NCBI GenBank assembly: GCA_965215015.1
Contig: OZ244042.1
Span: 1,216,001 to 1,280,000, forward strand
Source: Candidatus Poribacteria bacterium
GTDB lineage: Bacteria > Poribacteria > WGA-4E > PCPOR2b
Direction of reading: 5' to 3'
Length of the DNA: 64,000 nt
The translations under genes and the position numbers were made by a program. A model generated the notes under the pieces. It did not search any database and was not told where the DNA came from. It worked only from the letters and a program-made list of their open reading frames with translations. This document shows positions 39,973 through 49,710 of this stretch, piece after piece. The stretch's first letter is position 1, and each line of letters begins with the position of its first letter.

Positions 39973-40085
39973 GGTGCCACTCCTGCAAGATTCAGCCATT
40001 TGGTTTGCATTGTTAAGGGGAGTACTGTAGTGTTCCACCTCGGGCCCCAACGATTCTCATATTCATTGATATTAGAAATTAGGAG

Positions 40086-40859
40086 TTATTTAGTTCCCGG
40101 AAAATCGTCTCGCTGAAAATAACCGTTCTTAATTGTGTCGATTTCACACGTCGTTTGTGCGCTCGCCCAATGCGTAGCGTAACCACGCCGCCAGCGGTCA
40201 GATTCGTTACGATGGGATGTATGCAGCGTCTTACAGTGGTGAAAGACAACACCACCCTTTTTGACCGTCGCGAGTGCCTCTTTCGATAGGTTAATCAATT
40301 CAGGTGGAGGCACAAGGTTATATGGCTCATCCGGATCTGGGGTTTCGTGTGGCAACACCGGCCCCTTATGCGAACCTTCGATATAGCGAAGGCAGCCGTT
40401 TGATTCGTCTACATCGTCCATTGCAATCCAAGCGGTGATTACATGATCCGCTGGATCACATTTGAAGTAGTAGTTATCTTGGTGATACGGTTTCGCGCTA
40501 CCGAAGTGCGGCGGTTTCATGAAAATCTGATCCGTAACCAATACCGGCTCCACACCGATGAGATCTTTGATGATACGCGAGAGACGGGGGTCGAGTACAA
40601 AGGATTGGAAGGCAGATTCCTTGAGGAAGGGACCCTCAATTTTTCGTGGTGCAATTGTACCATCTTCCGCTTGATCAACGGCGTAACCAACTCCCTTATC
40701 CGCGGTTTCATCGGGATCCATCGAGTGCTTCATATCACGGTCGCTGACCTCAATGGCAATTTGGGCAATGTGCTCAACTTCGGCGGGACTGTAGACGCCT
40801 TCGATGGCGACCCAACCCTTTTCCCAGTAGTGATTATAAGCATGTTGATTGATGTGCAT
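40086..40859 (-). CDS. Phytanoyl-CoA dioxygenase (PhyH) family protein
   Basis: KPYHQDNYY, AWIAMDD, NGCLRYIEGSH, LHTS..N.S...RR; GGAGG RBS. Confidence 0.9.
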   Translation of the reverse strand: MHINQHAYNHYWEKGWVAIEGVYSPAEVEHIAQIAIEVSDRDMKHSMDPDETADKGVGYAVDQAEDGTIAPRKIEGPFLKESAFQSFVLDPRLSRIIKDLIGVEPVLVTDQIFMKPPHFGSAKPYHQDNYYFKCDPADHVITAWIAMDDVDESNGCLRYIEGSHKGPVLPHETPDPDEPYNLVPPPELINLSKEALATVKKGGVVFHHCKTLHTSHRNESDRWRRGYATHWASAQTTCEIDTIKNGYFQRDDFPGTK

Positions 40860-40917
40860 GTGCACCTCCTCCGGAAAATTGTTATGCTCCCATTCGTGAT
40901 GATACCCTCGTAATCTC

Positions 40918-42513
40918 TCATGCCAGAAACCGTTCCAGCACATTGGTGGTAATTTTTGAAATCGTATCGTCCACCAACATAGAACAGGGATAGGTGATTG
41001 AACCTACGGAGAATACCGCGCCGCCCGCACCGGGTTCGTGGTAAACGATTTCGGCGCCACCATCGTCGGGGTTGAGCCCCTTGGCGAGTCGCTGGACGTT
41101 TTTAGGAGAACTTGCGGAGATTTTGTCCGTTTCGTGGCCGGAAGCTCCGCCCGGACAACGCATATGTAGACTATTTTTCCCGAACACATTCCCATTCTTC
41201 AGGCCTGTACCGTCAAAAATCCAATGGGAATCATCGATCACCCGATAAGGCGCGCCGGTCATGATGCCGGTATCGGTACAGACGACGCCTAAGAGATTGG
41301 CCTCGGATTCATGACGCAGGTGGAATCGGCTTTCAAACCCGACATCCTGCAGCGTGGTGAAGCTGCCGCTGCCACAGTTCTCGTTGTGAACGACCATTGT
41401 GTATTCGTCGAGGAATTCGACCTCGCAGTTCAAGCCATTGCCTCCGAGATACATCAACTTGCCGCCGCCCTCGAAGACCCACGCTTTGAGTCGAAAGTAC
41501 ATATCCGCCGACCAGTATTCGGGATGGGTGCTAATCATGAGAACTTTGTAATCTTCCAAGTTCAGAACGCCTTGGTGAAACTGTGTCTCGGCGTAGAGGT
41601 CGTAATCGAACCCCTCGCGCTCCAGCCAACCGAAGAGACGCCATTCTGCGGGGGCGACGTGACAGGCGGAGCGCCCCTCGACTGGATCCGTGATTTCCGT
41701 ATCTTCAGAGATGAAGTTAATCGGTTCAGGGCGATCAAACGACAAAGGGGCATATTCGTCGGCGTCAAAGTGCTTGTGTTCTCGGTTGGTGTATCGTTTC
41801 AAATCGAGTCGAGCGTTGATGGTGGGTGTCGGTGGAAATTGATCGGGGTGGATATAGTTACTCCGACCACCGAAGTTGTTATAGGCATTCCAGTTGATGT
41901 TGGAAGCCAATACGGCGATGGGTGCCTGCGGCTTCGCCGGCGCAACAGTCCACGGAAAGGAAAAGAACGCGCCCGATTCCCCCTTGGCGTGAAAATAGTA
42001 GAGCCCACTTCGAGCCGGGGCTTCAACGAACTGGAGGTGATGGGGGTTCGTATATCCGAACTTGTTCCACTCGATGCCGGTTTGGGTGTAATCTCCGTCA
42101 GGAGAGATCTGCATCGTCGCGCGGGGGCCATGCTCATCATGCCAGCCGAGGTCTCGGATGAATTCCTTCTGCAACCCATACCGCCACAACGAAAGCTGAT
42201 ACGCCTCGACAGCGTGAACCCGGAATTCGGATTTCTCACCGGACCGCACCCACTTTGGCCAGGCATACCCCAGCAAACAGTCCGAAAGCAGGCGAAACTG
42301 ATAGGGTTGATCTTCCCGAACTGTCATGTTAACGCTCTTCGCGCCGAAGCCGGGTTTATAGAGCGTCACTTTATAAAATCCTGGTGACAGATCCGCGTAA
42401 ATCGCCCCCGTCGCTCGTGAACGGGCTTCAAACGAACCTAATTCGTTTACAAATTCTAATAACACATCGGGAACCGCTACATAGCGCTCGTCGCTGACAT
42501 ATCCAATCAGCAT
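40918..42513 (-). CDS. N,N-dimethylformamidase beta-subunit-like protein with N-terminal carboxypeptidase-regulatory-like domain
   Basis: WNAYNNFGG, LSFDRP, WLEREGFDY, HPEYWS, LMYLGGNG, GHETD, GGAVFSVGSI. Confidence 0.8.
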   Translation of the reverse strand: MLIGYVSDERYVAVPDVLLEFVNELGSFEARSRATGAIYADLSPGFYKVTLYKPGFGAKSVNMTVREDQPYQFRLLSDCLLGYAWPKWVRSGEKSEFRVHAVEAYQLSLWRYGLQKEFIRDLGWHDEHGPRATMQISPDGDYTQTGIEWNKFGYTNPHHLQFVEAPARSGLYYFHAKGESGAFFSFPWTVAPAKPQAPIAVLASNINWNAYNNFGGRSNYIHPDQFPPTPTINARLDLKRYTNREHKHFDADEYAPLSFDRPEPINFISEDTEITDPVEGRSACHVAPAEWRLFGWLEREGFDYDLYAETQFHQGVLNLEDYKVLMISTHPEYWSADMYFRLKAWVFEGGGKLMYLGGNGLNCEVEFLDEYTMVVHNENCGSGSFTTLQDVGFESRFHLRHESEANLLGVVCTDTGIMTGAPYRVIDDSHWIFDGTGLKNGNVFGKNSLHMRCPGGASGHETDKISASSPKNVQRLAKGLNPDDGGAEIVYHEPGAGGAVFSVGSITYPCSMLVDDTISKITTNVLERFLA

Positions 42514-42654
42514 AATGTACCTCCAAAAAAAGAACTGAATCATTGAGCAAGCCAAAACAAGCAAAAGTTTAGCAGCCGTTAAATTTTATGTCAATGATTT
42601 TCCTGCTCCTGACGGCGAGTTTGTCAATAACCCTAACGGTACAGAAGATTGATG

Positions 42655-43830
42655 TCACAACGAATTTTCCTGCCCGCTGCACCAGATTTCATAAGGATTT
42701 TCTCGGTTCTTGAGTGGGAAGGATACCCGTGTTCTCAGGCGTTGGGACTCATGGACTGCCATAATCATCTCCAATACTGCGCGCGCATCTGCCCCACTGG
42801 AAACGGTGATCACCTCACGATCCTCCTCAATGGCTTGAATCAGCTCTTGCACAATCATCTGGTTACTGAGGTGCATCTGCTCTTGACCCGACCGGCTTGT
42901 GCCATCTGGTTGTTTCTCCCACTCCTCCAGAAGGATACGCTCCCATTCCCCCTCCCCCGGGATCCATAGTCCGTGAGGATAGAGATACATCTCGCCGCTG
43001 GGGGAGTTTCGCAGCGAGATAATTCCCTCAGTGCCGTAAACCTCAAAGCCAAACCAGCGGCTGCTTGAGTGGTTGCCGGAGGGATTCCCTCTGTATGATT
43101 CATAGTGGGCGGTGATTCCGTTCTCGAAGACGTAATACGCCGCCAGACCGTTCCCAGCCAGCCAGCCAACCCCCTCGTCTCCCTCTCGGATATCTGGGGG
43201 TGTGACCTCCCGCCCATCTTGAGTTACATGCCCATGTGCCCATGCGACATCGGCACCGGCAAAATACCGTATGCTATCCAGCATGTGCGTTCCCAACACC
43301 ATCAGGTCCATGGCGCCCGCCCGCTGATCGGCTTTGCCGTGACCGCGCAGCACCTGAATCTCTCCAATTACACCTTCATCGACCAATTTCTTGGCGTGTT
43401 GTTCGTAGGCACACGCCCGCCGATGTGCAACGGCTATCTTCACCCCGTTGCGATCGCAGGCTTCCATCATGGCGTCGGCTTCCGCTAGAGTTCGGGCGAA
43501 TGGCTTCTCGCACAAAATTCCTTTCACGCCGGCGTTGGCGCAGGCGATAACCATCTCCGCATGGCAGTCGATCCAACGCGGGCCGACGCTCACCAAGTCT
43601 AGGTTCTCCTTTTCCAGCATTTCGCGGTAGTCTTGGTAGAGCCGCTCTGCTCCGGTTCGTTCTCCAGCCGCCCGAAGTCCCTCCGGGTCTGAATCGGCGA
43701 TAGAAACGAACTGCACATCCGAAAGCCCTTCAATGGAATCGGGAGGAATCTGAAATGCTACATCGAGACCGTGGCCATAATCGCCCTTGCCCGTCCTGCC
43801 AATAGCTCCTGCGCGATACGTTGTCTTCAT
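42655..43830 (-). CDS. Gfo/Idh/MocA family oxidoreductase
   Basis: YQDYREMLEKENLD, ILCEKPFA, LGTHMLD. Confidence 0.9.
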   Translation of the reverse strand: MKTTYRAGAIGRTGKGDYGHGLDVAFQIPPDSIEGLSDVQFVSIADSDPEGLRAAGERTGAERLYQDYREMLEKENLDLVSVGPRWIDCHAEMVIACANAGVKGILCEKPFARTLAEADAMMEACDRNGVKIAVAHRRACAYEQHAKKLVDEGVIGEIQVLRGHGKADQRAGAMDLMVLGTHMLDSIRYFAGADVAWAHGHVTQDGREVTPPDIREGDEGVGWLAGNGLAAYYVFENGITAHYESYRGNPSGNHSSSRWFGFEVYGTEGIISLRNSPSGEMYLYPHGLWIPGEGEWERILLEEWEKQPDGTSRSGQEQMHLSNQMIVQELIQAIEEDREVITVSSGADARAVLEMIMAVHESQRLRTRVSFPLKNRENPYEIWCSGQENSL

Positions 43831-43896
43831 GGATCTTTCCTCATTAACGATTGAGAGGTCAAAACTTAGGTGGCATATACATGCTGTCTGGAGTAA

Positions 43897-44652
43897 CTAT
43901 TCAAACTGACGGTAATAAGCCGCTGCGGTTTCATGGTCAACCGTCTCGTCCGGTGTCATATCCAAGCGTTTATAAAGTTCTGCCCGTCCGCGCATGTCCG
44001 CGAGCAGCACCGCACGCGCGTGCACCGCAACCTGTTCAGCGAGTTCAATTGGCACAACGACGACACCATCGCCATCGCAACCGACAATGTCGCCGGGACG
44101 CACCTGTACCCCGCCACAGCCGATGGGGGTTTGGGCCTCTACCGCTTGAATACGACCGGGAATAATCGTGCGCCCACGCGCCCGGGAACATATCGGGGTC
44201 TGTTGGAGGATCAACTCGTCTGTGTCACGACAGTACCCATCCGTGATAATTCCAACCGCGCCCGACGCGATCATGTTCAAGCTGTTGGCAGACCCCCAAA
44301 AACCGACTTCACGGGCACCGCCTGTAGCTGTTACGATGGCGTGTCCCGGCTGGATCTGATCGCGATAACTGATGTTCCCAACTTCGTTAAACCAGACCCC
44401 GTGCGCTCGAACAACCGCTTCGGTAGTATCCAGCTTCCACATCGGACGGTTGGCGGGGATACAACGAAGGGTGAAAGCAACGCCCCAGAATCTCATACCG
44501 TGCCAGAGCGGGCGAACTTCAGGGGCCATCAACCCGGTGTCGAAGTGCCCAACCCCGTCCATTCCATCGCAGACATCGGCGACACGGAGATATTTGTACA
44601 GTTTACGTAATTCAAATGGGTCTATATTGTGCGTTGATTCGGTGGTATGCAT
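43897..44652 (-). CDS. RraA/HMG-aldolase family protein
   Basis: ADVCDGMD, GIITDGYCRD, VRPGDIVGCDGDGVVVVP. Confidence 0.88.
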   Translation of the reverse strand: MHTTESTHNIDPFELRKLYKYLRVADVCDGMDGVGHFDTGLMAPEVRPLWHGMRFWGVAFTLRCIPANRPMWKLDTTEAVVRAHGVWFNEVGNISYRDQIQPGHAIVTATGGAREVGFWGSANSLNMIASGAVGIITDGYCRDTDELILQQTPICSRARGRTIIPGRIQAVEAQTPIGCGGVQVRPGDIVGCDGDGVVVVPIELAEQVAVHARAVLLADMRGRAELYKRLDMTPDETVDHETAAAYYRQFE

Positions 44653-44985
44653 GATATATAGCTCCTCAAAGTGGCGGTGTGGCAGTGCCGTGAATTCGAT
44701 CTGTCTGTCCCTTTTCATCGGATATGTGCGATCTCGCGGTTATACAATTCTCCGCGATGAAACCAATACCGTTATGGCTTATATTAAGAAATGGTGCAAC
44801 AGAAACCGAGTAAAAAAAACTGGGGTTCAAATACCAATCATGTCCTACTATGGTGTTTGGTGAATTGAGCCAAAGTTGTTGCGCGATGTCCCGGCTATCT
44901 TTGCACTTTCTGTTAACGTGAGCCTCCACCTATTATAGCACTTTTGTTTGAAAAATTAACAGGTCTTTAGTTGACTGGACGCATA

Positions 44986-46458
44986 TCAATCCAAATAATC
45001 CATCTCCGGCAGCAAATTCCATCGGTGCTGCTCTGCGGGTTCCGTTCGGCGACCCCAATCCGCTAGAATCTTCGTATCCGCGCGTTTTGCATCCATTTTT
45101 GCTGCGACGACCTCCGGATTCCAACCGTCCAGTACCTGCTGTATCAATGTCTCCAAAACCTCTCGGCATGTTGCATCTTCCGCCCGATCATGCAGCTCAG
45201 CCGGATCCTCCTTTAGGTTGAAGAGTTGGGGCGGGTATCCATGGTAGTAATTCAGCTTCCAATCGCCACTTCGGAGCATCCGGTGGTAGCAGCCCTCGTC
45301 AGTGCAATACTCCGAGAAGGCGATGTCCTCCCACTCCCTTCCTTTCTCCCGCAAAAGCGGGAGTACACTTCTACCACGAGAATTTGGCAAAGCTGGCGCG
45401 TTGAGTGTATCTAACATCGTTGCATTTAGGTCTAAAGAACTAATCACCCTATCGCATCTCACACCTTTGGACAGCACACCAGGCCATGAAAGGATGGTAG
45501 GAACTCTCACCGAATCCTCATAGAAGGTCTGCTTCCACCAAAGCCCATGCTCCCCCACCTGCTCGCCGTGATCGGACATATAGAGGATAATGGTGTTCTC
45601 CGCCAAATCGTTTTCTTGGAGCGCAGTCAAAATCTCGCCGATCATCCGGTCCATCCGCGTGACCAACGCCCAATACGCTGTCCGCGCCCTGAGAATCTCC
45701 GCATCGGAAACCTCAACGATGCCACACCGTTCTCGCCACCATCGAAAATAAGGGTGCAACGCATCGGAGAAGGGTTCAGGGTGTTTCGGGAGCGTCATTG
45801 CTCCATCGTAGAGGTCATAATCCTCCCGCCGTGCCACAAAAGGTTGATGAGGCAGCATGAACCCGACGGAGATACTGAATGGTTCGTCCAATACTCCTGC
45901 CCGTTTTCGGACGCCGAGACGGTTCAAATAGTCCACTGTCGCAACGGTTACATCTTCGTCATGAACCTGATACGCGCTTTGACCGGGGCCCGACTTTTCG
46001 AGACTCACGCGCGCGGGCCCCGCCGTGCCCGTAAGCGTTCCATGATCAACGCCTTTCCCGCCGAGATAGTTGGAACCGTGATCTCCGACTAACCGTTCAG
46101 CGTAACCGTGTAACTGATCCGGCCCTAGCGAGTGCATCCGACCAATCAGGACCGGGCGGTAACCAGCTGCCCCCATTGCGTGTGCAAAAGTCGGGCTCCC
46201 GGGGTCAAGGATGTGGTTGTTCGTCCAAACCTCGTTTTCGTAAGGGTAGCGTCCGTTCAACATCGACATCCGCGAAGGGACACAAATTGGGGAGGGACAG
46301 TAAACATTATCAAATACGACACCCCGCGCTGCCAGTCCATCCAGATTCGGCGTCTGCACCAATGGATCGCCGTAACAACCGGTCACAGCGGGGTTGTGCT
46401 GGTCGGAATGGATGTACAGCAGATTGGGACGTTGGGTCAAAGAGTCTTGATTGTCCAT
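44986..46458 (-). CDS. Sulfatase (choline-sulfatase-like, Cys-type)
   Basis: RPNLLYIHSDQH, CVPSR formylglycine motif, GRMH, SDHGE; no signal peptide. Confidence 0.92.
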   Translation of the reverse strand: MDNQDSLTQRPNLLYIHSDQHNPAVTGCYGDPLVQTPNLDGLAARGVVFDNVYCPSPICVPSRMSMLNGRYPYENEVWTNNHILDPGSPTFAHAMGAAGYRPVLIGRMHSLGPDQLHGYAERLVGDHGSNYLGGKGVDHGTLTGTAGPARVSLEKSGPGQSAYQVHDEDVTVATVDYLNRLGVRKRAGVLDEPFSISVGFMLPHQPFVARREDYDLYDGAMTLPKHPEPFSDALHPYFRWWRERCGIVEVSDAEILRARTAYWALVTRMDRMIGEILTALQENDLAENTIILYMSDHGEQVGEHGLWWKQTFYEDSVRVPTILSWPGVLSKGVRCDRVISSLDLNATMLDTLNAPALPNSRGRSVLPLLREKGREWEDIAFSEYCTDEGCYHRMLRSGDWKLNYYHGYPPQLFNLKEDPAELHDRAEDATCREVLETLIQQVLDGWNPEVVAAKMDAKRADTKILADWGRRTEPAEQHRWNLLPEMDYLD

Positions 46459-46473
46459 AAACACCTCATTTCA

Positions 46474-46529
46474 GTAGGGGCAGGTCTTGTGCCTGCTCGA
46501 TAGGGGCAACCCTACGGGTTGCCCCTACA
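46474..46529. repeat. GTAG-type REP/BIME doublet
   Basis: GTAGGGGCAGGTCTTGTGCCTGCTCG...GGGGCAACCCTACGGGTTGCCCCTAC; similar GTAG palindromes near 5590, 16358, 17838, 31344 and 62088. Confidence 0.65.
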
Positions 46530-46564
46530 TAGCATATCTTTGATCGAAAGGCAACGGAGCCAAG

Positions 46565-47035
46565 TTATAATCGCCGCAAAAGTGCTGATAGGAAGATTAC
46601 GATTAGTCCCAAGATGAGCGTCAAATTCAACCACGGCGCGGGACGTTTCTGAATCGGTGCAAAAACAGGATAGGGGAACGTCAGCAACACACCAAAGGTA
46701 AATATGATAAAGACGATAAAGAGTTTAACCCCCAATACAAGGATATATATGGAAAGGTCCTCAACAGGTTCTTTGGGGAGATCCTGAGACAGAGACCCCG
46801 TTGACCTCAGGAAGGCAATAAAATTGTAAACGCCTGAAAACAGAATTGTCAGCAGCGCACTCCAGATAACGACCCTGAATCGGCGAAATGCTGCTTCTAG
46901 GAGTTTGGGTTGCTGGTTTTCGGGAAGCACTTTGGCAGAAGGCAGCAGAATGACGCGGAGAAAGAAAAAACCGCCAATCAACAGCACAACCGATCCGACG
47001 TGAATCCATTGTATCAAAGCAGATAGGAATGCCAT
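46565..47035 (-). CDS. CopD-like small membrane protein
   Basis: QWIHVGSVVLLIGG..F, four hydrophobic segments, LGVKL. Confidence 0.7.
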   Translation of the reverse strand: MAFLSALIQWIHVGSVVLLIGGFFFLRVILLPSAKVLPENQQPKLLEAAFRRFRVVIWSALLTILFSGVYNFIAFLRSTGSLSQDLPKEPVEDLSIYILVLGVKLFIVFIIFTFGVLLTFPYPVFAPIQKRPAPWLNLTLILGLIVIFLSALLRRL

Positions 47036-47076
47036 AGGTTTTGGTATGTTGAGTCAAGCGGGCCGTGAATAAACCA

Positions 47077-48261
47077 TCACTGTATCTGTGTTTGACTACG
47101 CTGTCCCCAGCCCCCCACTACGCCTGCGCCGAGAAGTAACAGTAGCCCCATTGACCAAAACATCGGTGAGAAATCAAGCCACTGAATTAGGAATCCCCCC
47201 AAGATCGGACCGACAACCTTACCTGCATTTTTGAGGGTGCCAATGAGCCCCATCCCCGCGCCGATGTGCAGTGCACTAATTTGCGTGGATACGAGGGCGA
47301 CCGTGGCGGGAAACACCAGAGCTTGGGCACCACCAATCAACACCGCCAGGGCCATCAAACCCCAAACACGATTTGTCAATGTAACTAAGGGGAGCGCGAT
47401 TCCCATGAGACCCATGCCTAGGCATATCGCCCCGAAATACCCCAAGCGATCGCCTGCCCTGCCCCCAATAGGCTTTAAGGCGGTATGCACCCCCTCCTGT
47501 GCCGAGAAGAAAGCCCCTACCCAGGCAACACTAATCCTTGTAGACAGGGCGTAGATGGGCAGAAATGCTTTGACAGCGTAGAGCGCAATAAACACGGACG
47601 CTTCTAGACCGCCCGATAGCCAGACAGATGGCGTGTGTGTGCCAGATTTTAGAGCATGGATAATCTGTTGACGGATGGGAAGGTTGACGATTTTGATACG
47701 CGGGGCAGGCTCTGAGAGTAATAGAATCGGGACAAAAGCGAGGCAACTGAACAATCCGATGATGGTAAAAACATTGACAGGACTCACCTCTGCGACTAAT
47801 AGCCAGCCCGCAGCCGCGGGCCCGACAATATAACCGGCACTGCGAGCCATGCCGAACCAACCCAACTTCTCCGCCAGCCGGTCTTTTGCACCTTCCGCCA
47901 CGAAGGCGAGGGTCACGGGACCGTAAATGGCTGTGGCTAAACCATGGATAATGCGTATGCCAAACAACTCTGCCGGGGTGTGGACAAAGCGATACAAAAA
48001 GGGCATACCAGCAAAAAACACGGTACCAACAATCAGCCACCAACGTCGGCCCCAGCGGTCAGAAAGCATCCCAATCGCTGGCTTGAGAACCATGCCGGTC
48101 AGGGTCGAAACAGAGACAATAAACCCAAGAAACGCATCGGTCGCGCCCAGCGTCATTGCGAAAATCGGCAGGAGCGGCGTCTTTCCCATCTGATAGGCGG
48201 AGCGCACGATAAAATCAGCACCCGTGATGCTGATAAAATTAAGGGGGGGCTTCATTGCCAT
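47077..48261 (-). CDS. MFS transporter
   Basis: GMLSDRWGRR motif A, about 12 hydrophobic segments; start uncertain. Confidence 0.9.
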   Translation of the reverse strand: MAMKPPLNFISITGADFIVRSAYQMGKTPLLPIFAMTLGATDAFLGFIVSVSTLTGMVLKPAIGMLSDRWGRRWWLIVGTVFFAGMPFLYRFVHTPAELFGIRIIHGLATAIYGPVTLAFVAEGAKDRLAEKLGWFGMARSAGYIVGPAAAGWLLVAEVSPVNVFTIIGLFSCLAFVPILLLSEPAPRIKIVNLPIRQQIIHALKSGTHTPSVWLSGGLEASVFIALYAVKAFLPIYALSTRISVAWVGAFFSAQEGVHTALKPIGGRAGDRLGYFGAICLGMGLMGIALPLVTLTNRVWGLMALAVLIGGAQALVFPATVALVSTQISALHIGAGMGLIGTLKNAGKVVGPILGGFLIQWLDFSPMFWSMGLLLLLGAGVVGGWGQRSQTQIQ

Positions 48262-48542
48262 GTTTAAGGTAGGGGTGTGTAAGTTAAGTTGACGCATCAG
48301 CAGAGATAAAAATTTTGTGCGATTTAATCAGCCGTACGAGAAACAGAAGACAGCTGCTGGGGGGGTTGAAATGGTTTTGAGTTTTCCACCGGATAGGGGC
48401 GTTACCCTCTCAGAAGAAGTGGTAAGTCCATCTTCGGATGGAACAAGTAAGAATCTTGTTCGTAGTAGTGCAATTTATTGCACGTCTCTTAATTCCCCTC
48501 TCAAAGAACCAAGTAAGCCTCCCACTCCTTAAAAAACCAACA

Positions 48543-48938
48543 TCAACTATCGTTGGCTCTTGGTGTTCGGCCATGATGTGTTAAGTGGTCTATATGGTTC
48601 TGGTTAAGTTGTCGGATGCTCGCTTCTATATCCGATAGACGTTGATTCATCTCAGTAAAACGCTGATTCATTTCGGTTTGCATATCAGACAAACGCTGAT
48701 TCATTTCGGCTTGCATATCGGATAGCCGCTTATCCATCCGGTCTTCGAGGCGTTCAAAGGCGTGAAAGAATATCTCGCCTTGCTCTTTGAGTGCTTGCTT
48801 AAAATCGTCCCCTTGCTTTTCCAACCGTTCGGTTGTCTGTTTCAAACGTGCAAGGATAGCGATGGTTTGTCCAACAATAGTTGCAATAGCAAGCGCGGCT
48901 ATAATCAGATGCGTCGGGCTCCAGTCTGTAAATTGCAT
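48543..48938 (-). CDS. Small TM + coiled-coil repeat protein (copy A, 131 aa)
   Basis: N-terminal hydrophobic helix, then QRLSDMQAEMN/QRFTEMN repeats; near-identical to 49711..50202. Confidence 0.75.
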   Translation of the reverse strand: MQFTDWSPTHLIIAALAIATIVGQTIAILARLKQTTERLEKQGDDFKQALKEQGEIFFHAFERLEDRMDKRLSDMQAEMNQRLSDMQTEMNQRFTEMNQRLSDIEASIRQLNQNHIDHLTHHGRTPRANDS

Positions 48939-49255
48939 TGTGTCTGTGAGTGGCTCGGCATAGCGAGTCTCTAACAGTCCTCCTTTCCGTGATTTCTTCC
49001 GCTCTTTGATTCGCTTGTTTTCTCGAATCAATTAAGCGGGGCAATTCGTTTTTGATGCATGTGCGAATGATACGGATTTTCAGCACGCCGAAATGAGATT
49101 ATCCAACGCTTTTGTCTCACACTGTATTAAAAGACGCAAGCGATTTTACCGGACCGGTGTGAAGCCACGTTGATATTCGATAGAGGCTTCGCCCGTGCGA
49201 AATATGTGATAAAGTTTCAAAAAGGCACAACAGATTCCGTTTATCATCCGCGTGT

Positions 49256-49688
49256 ATTGATTGCACGTCTCTTAATTCCCCTGCTCGCTTCTATATCCGA
49301 TAGGTGCTGATTCATCTCAGTCAATGTAACAATTAAGGATCTTGTTCGTAGTAGTGGAATTGATTGCACGTCTCTTAATTCCCCTGCTCGCTTCTATATC
49401 CGATAGGTGTTGATTCATCTCAGTAAATGGAACAAGTAAGAATCTTGTTTGTAGTAGTGGAATTGATTGCACGTCTCTTAATTCCCCTGCTCGCTTCTAT
49501 ATCCGATAGGTGTTGATTCATCTCAGTAAATGGAACAAGTAAGAATCTTGTTTGTAGTAGTGGAATTGATTGCACGTCTCTTAATTCCCCTGCTCGCTTC
49601 TATATCCGATAGGTGTTGATTCATCTCAGTAAATGGAACAAGTAAGAATCTTGTTTGTAGTAGTGGAATTGATTGCACGTCTCTTAAT
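49256..49688. repeat. Tandem array of 103-bp units (about 4.2 copies)
   Basis: TTGCACGTCT recurs at 49261, 49364, 49467, 49570 and 49673; units 2-4 are identical, unit 1 is diverged. Confidence 0.95.
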
Positions 49689-49710
49689 CCCACTCCTTAA
49701 AAAACCAACA

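Noticed and set aside
41311-42387. 358-aa + strand ORF and other long antisense ORFs (e.g. 38302-38982, 43933-44610, 52125-52766, 58813-59676)
   Set aside because: They are shadows of well-supported genes on the opposite strand and carry no recognisable motifs.
49256-49688. CRISPR array call for the 103-bp repeats
   Set aside because: The would-be spacers are identical and gene-derived, the 60-bp constant part is too long for a typical CRISPR repeat, and no cas genes are in the window.
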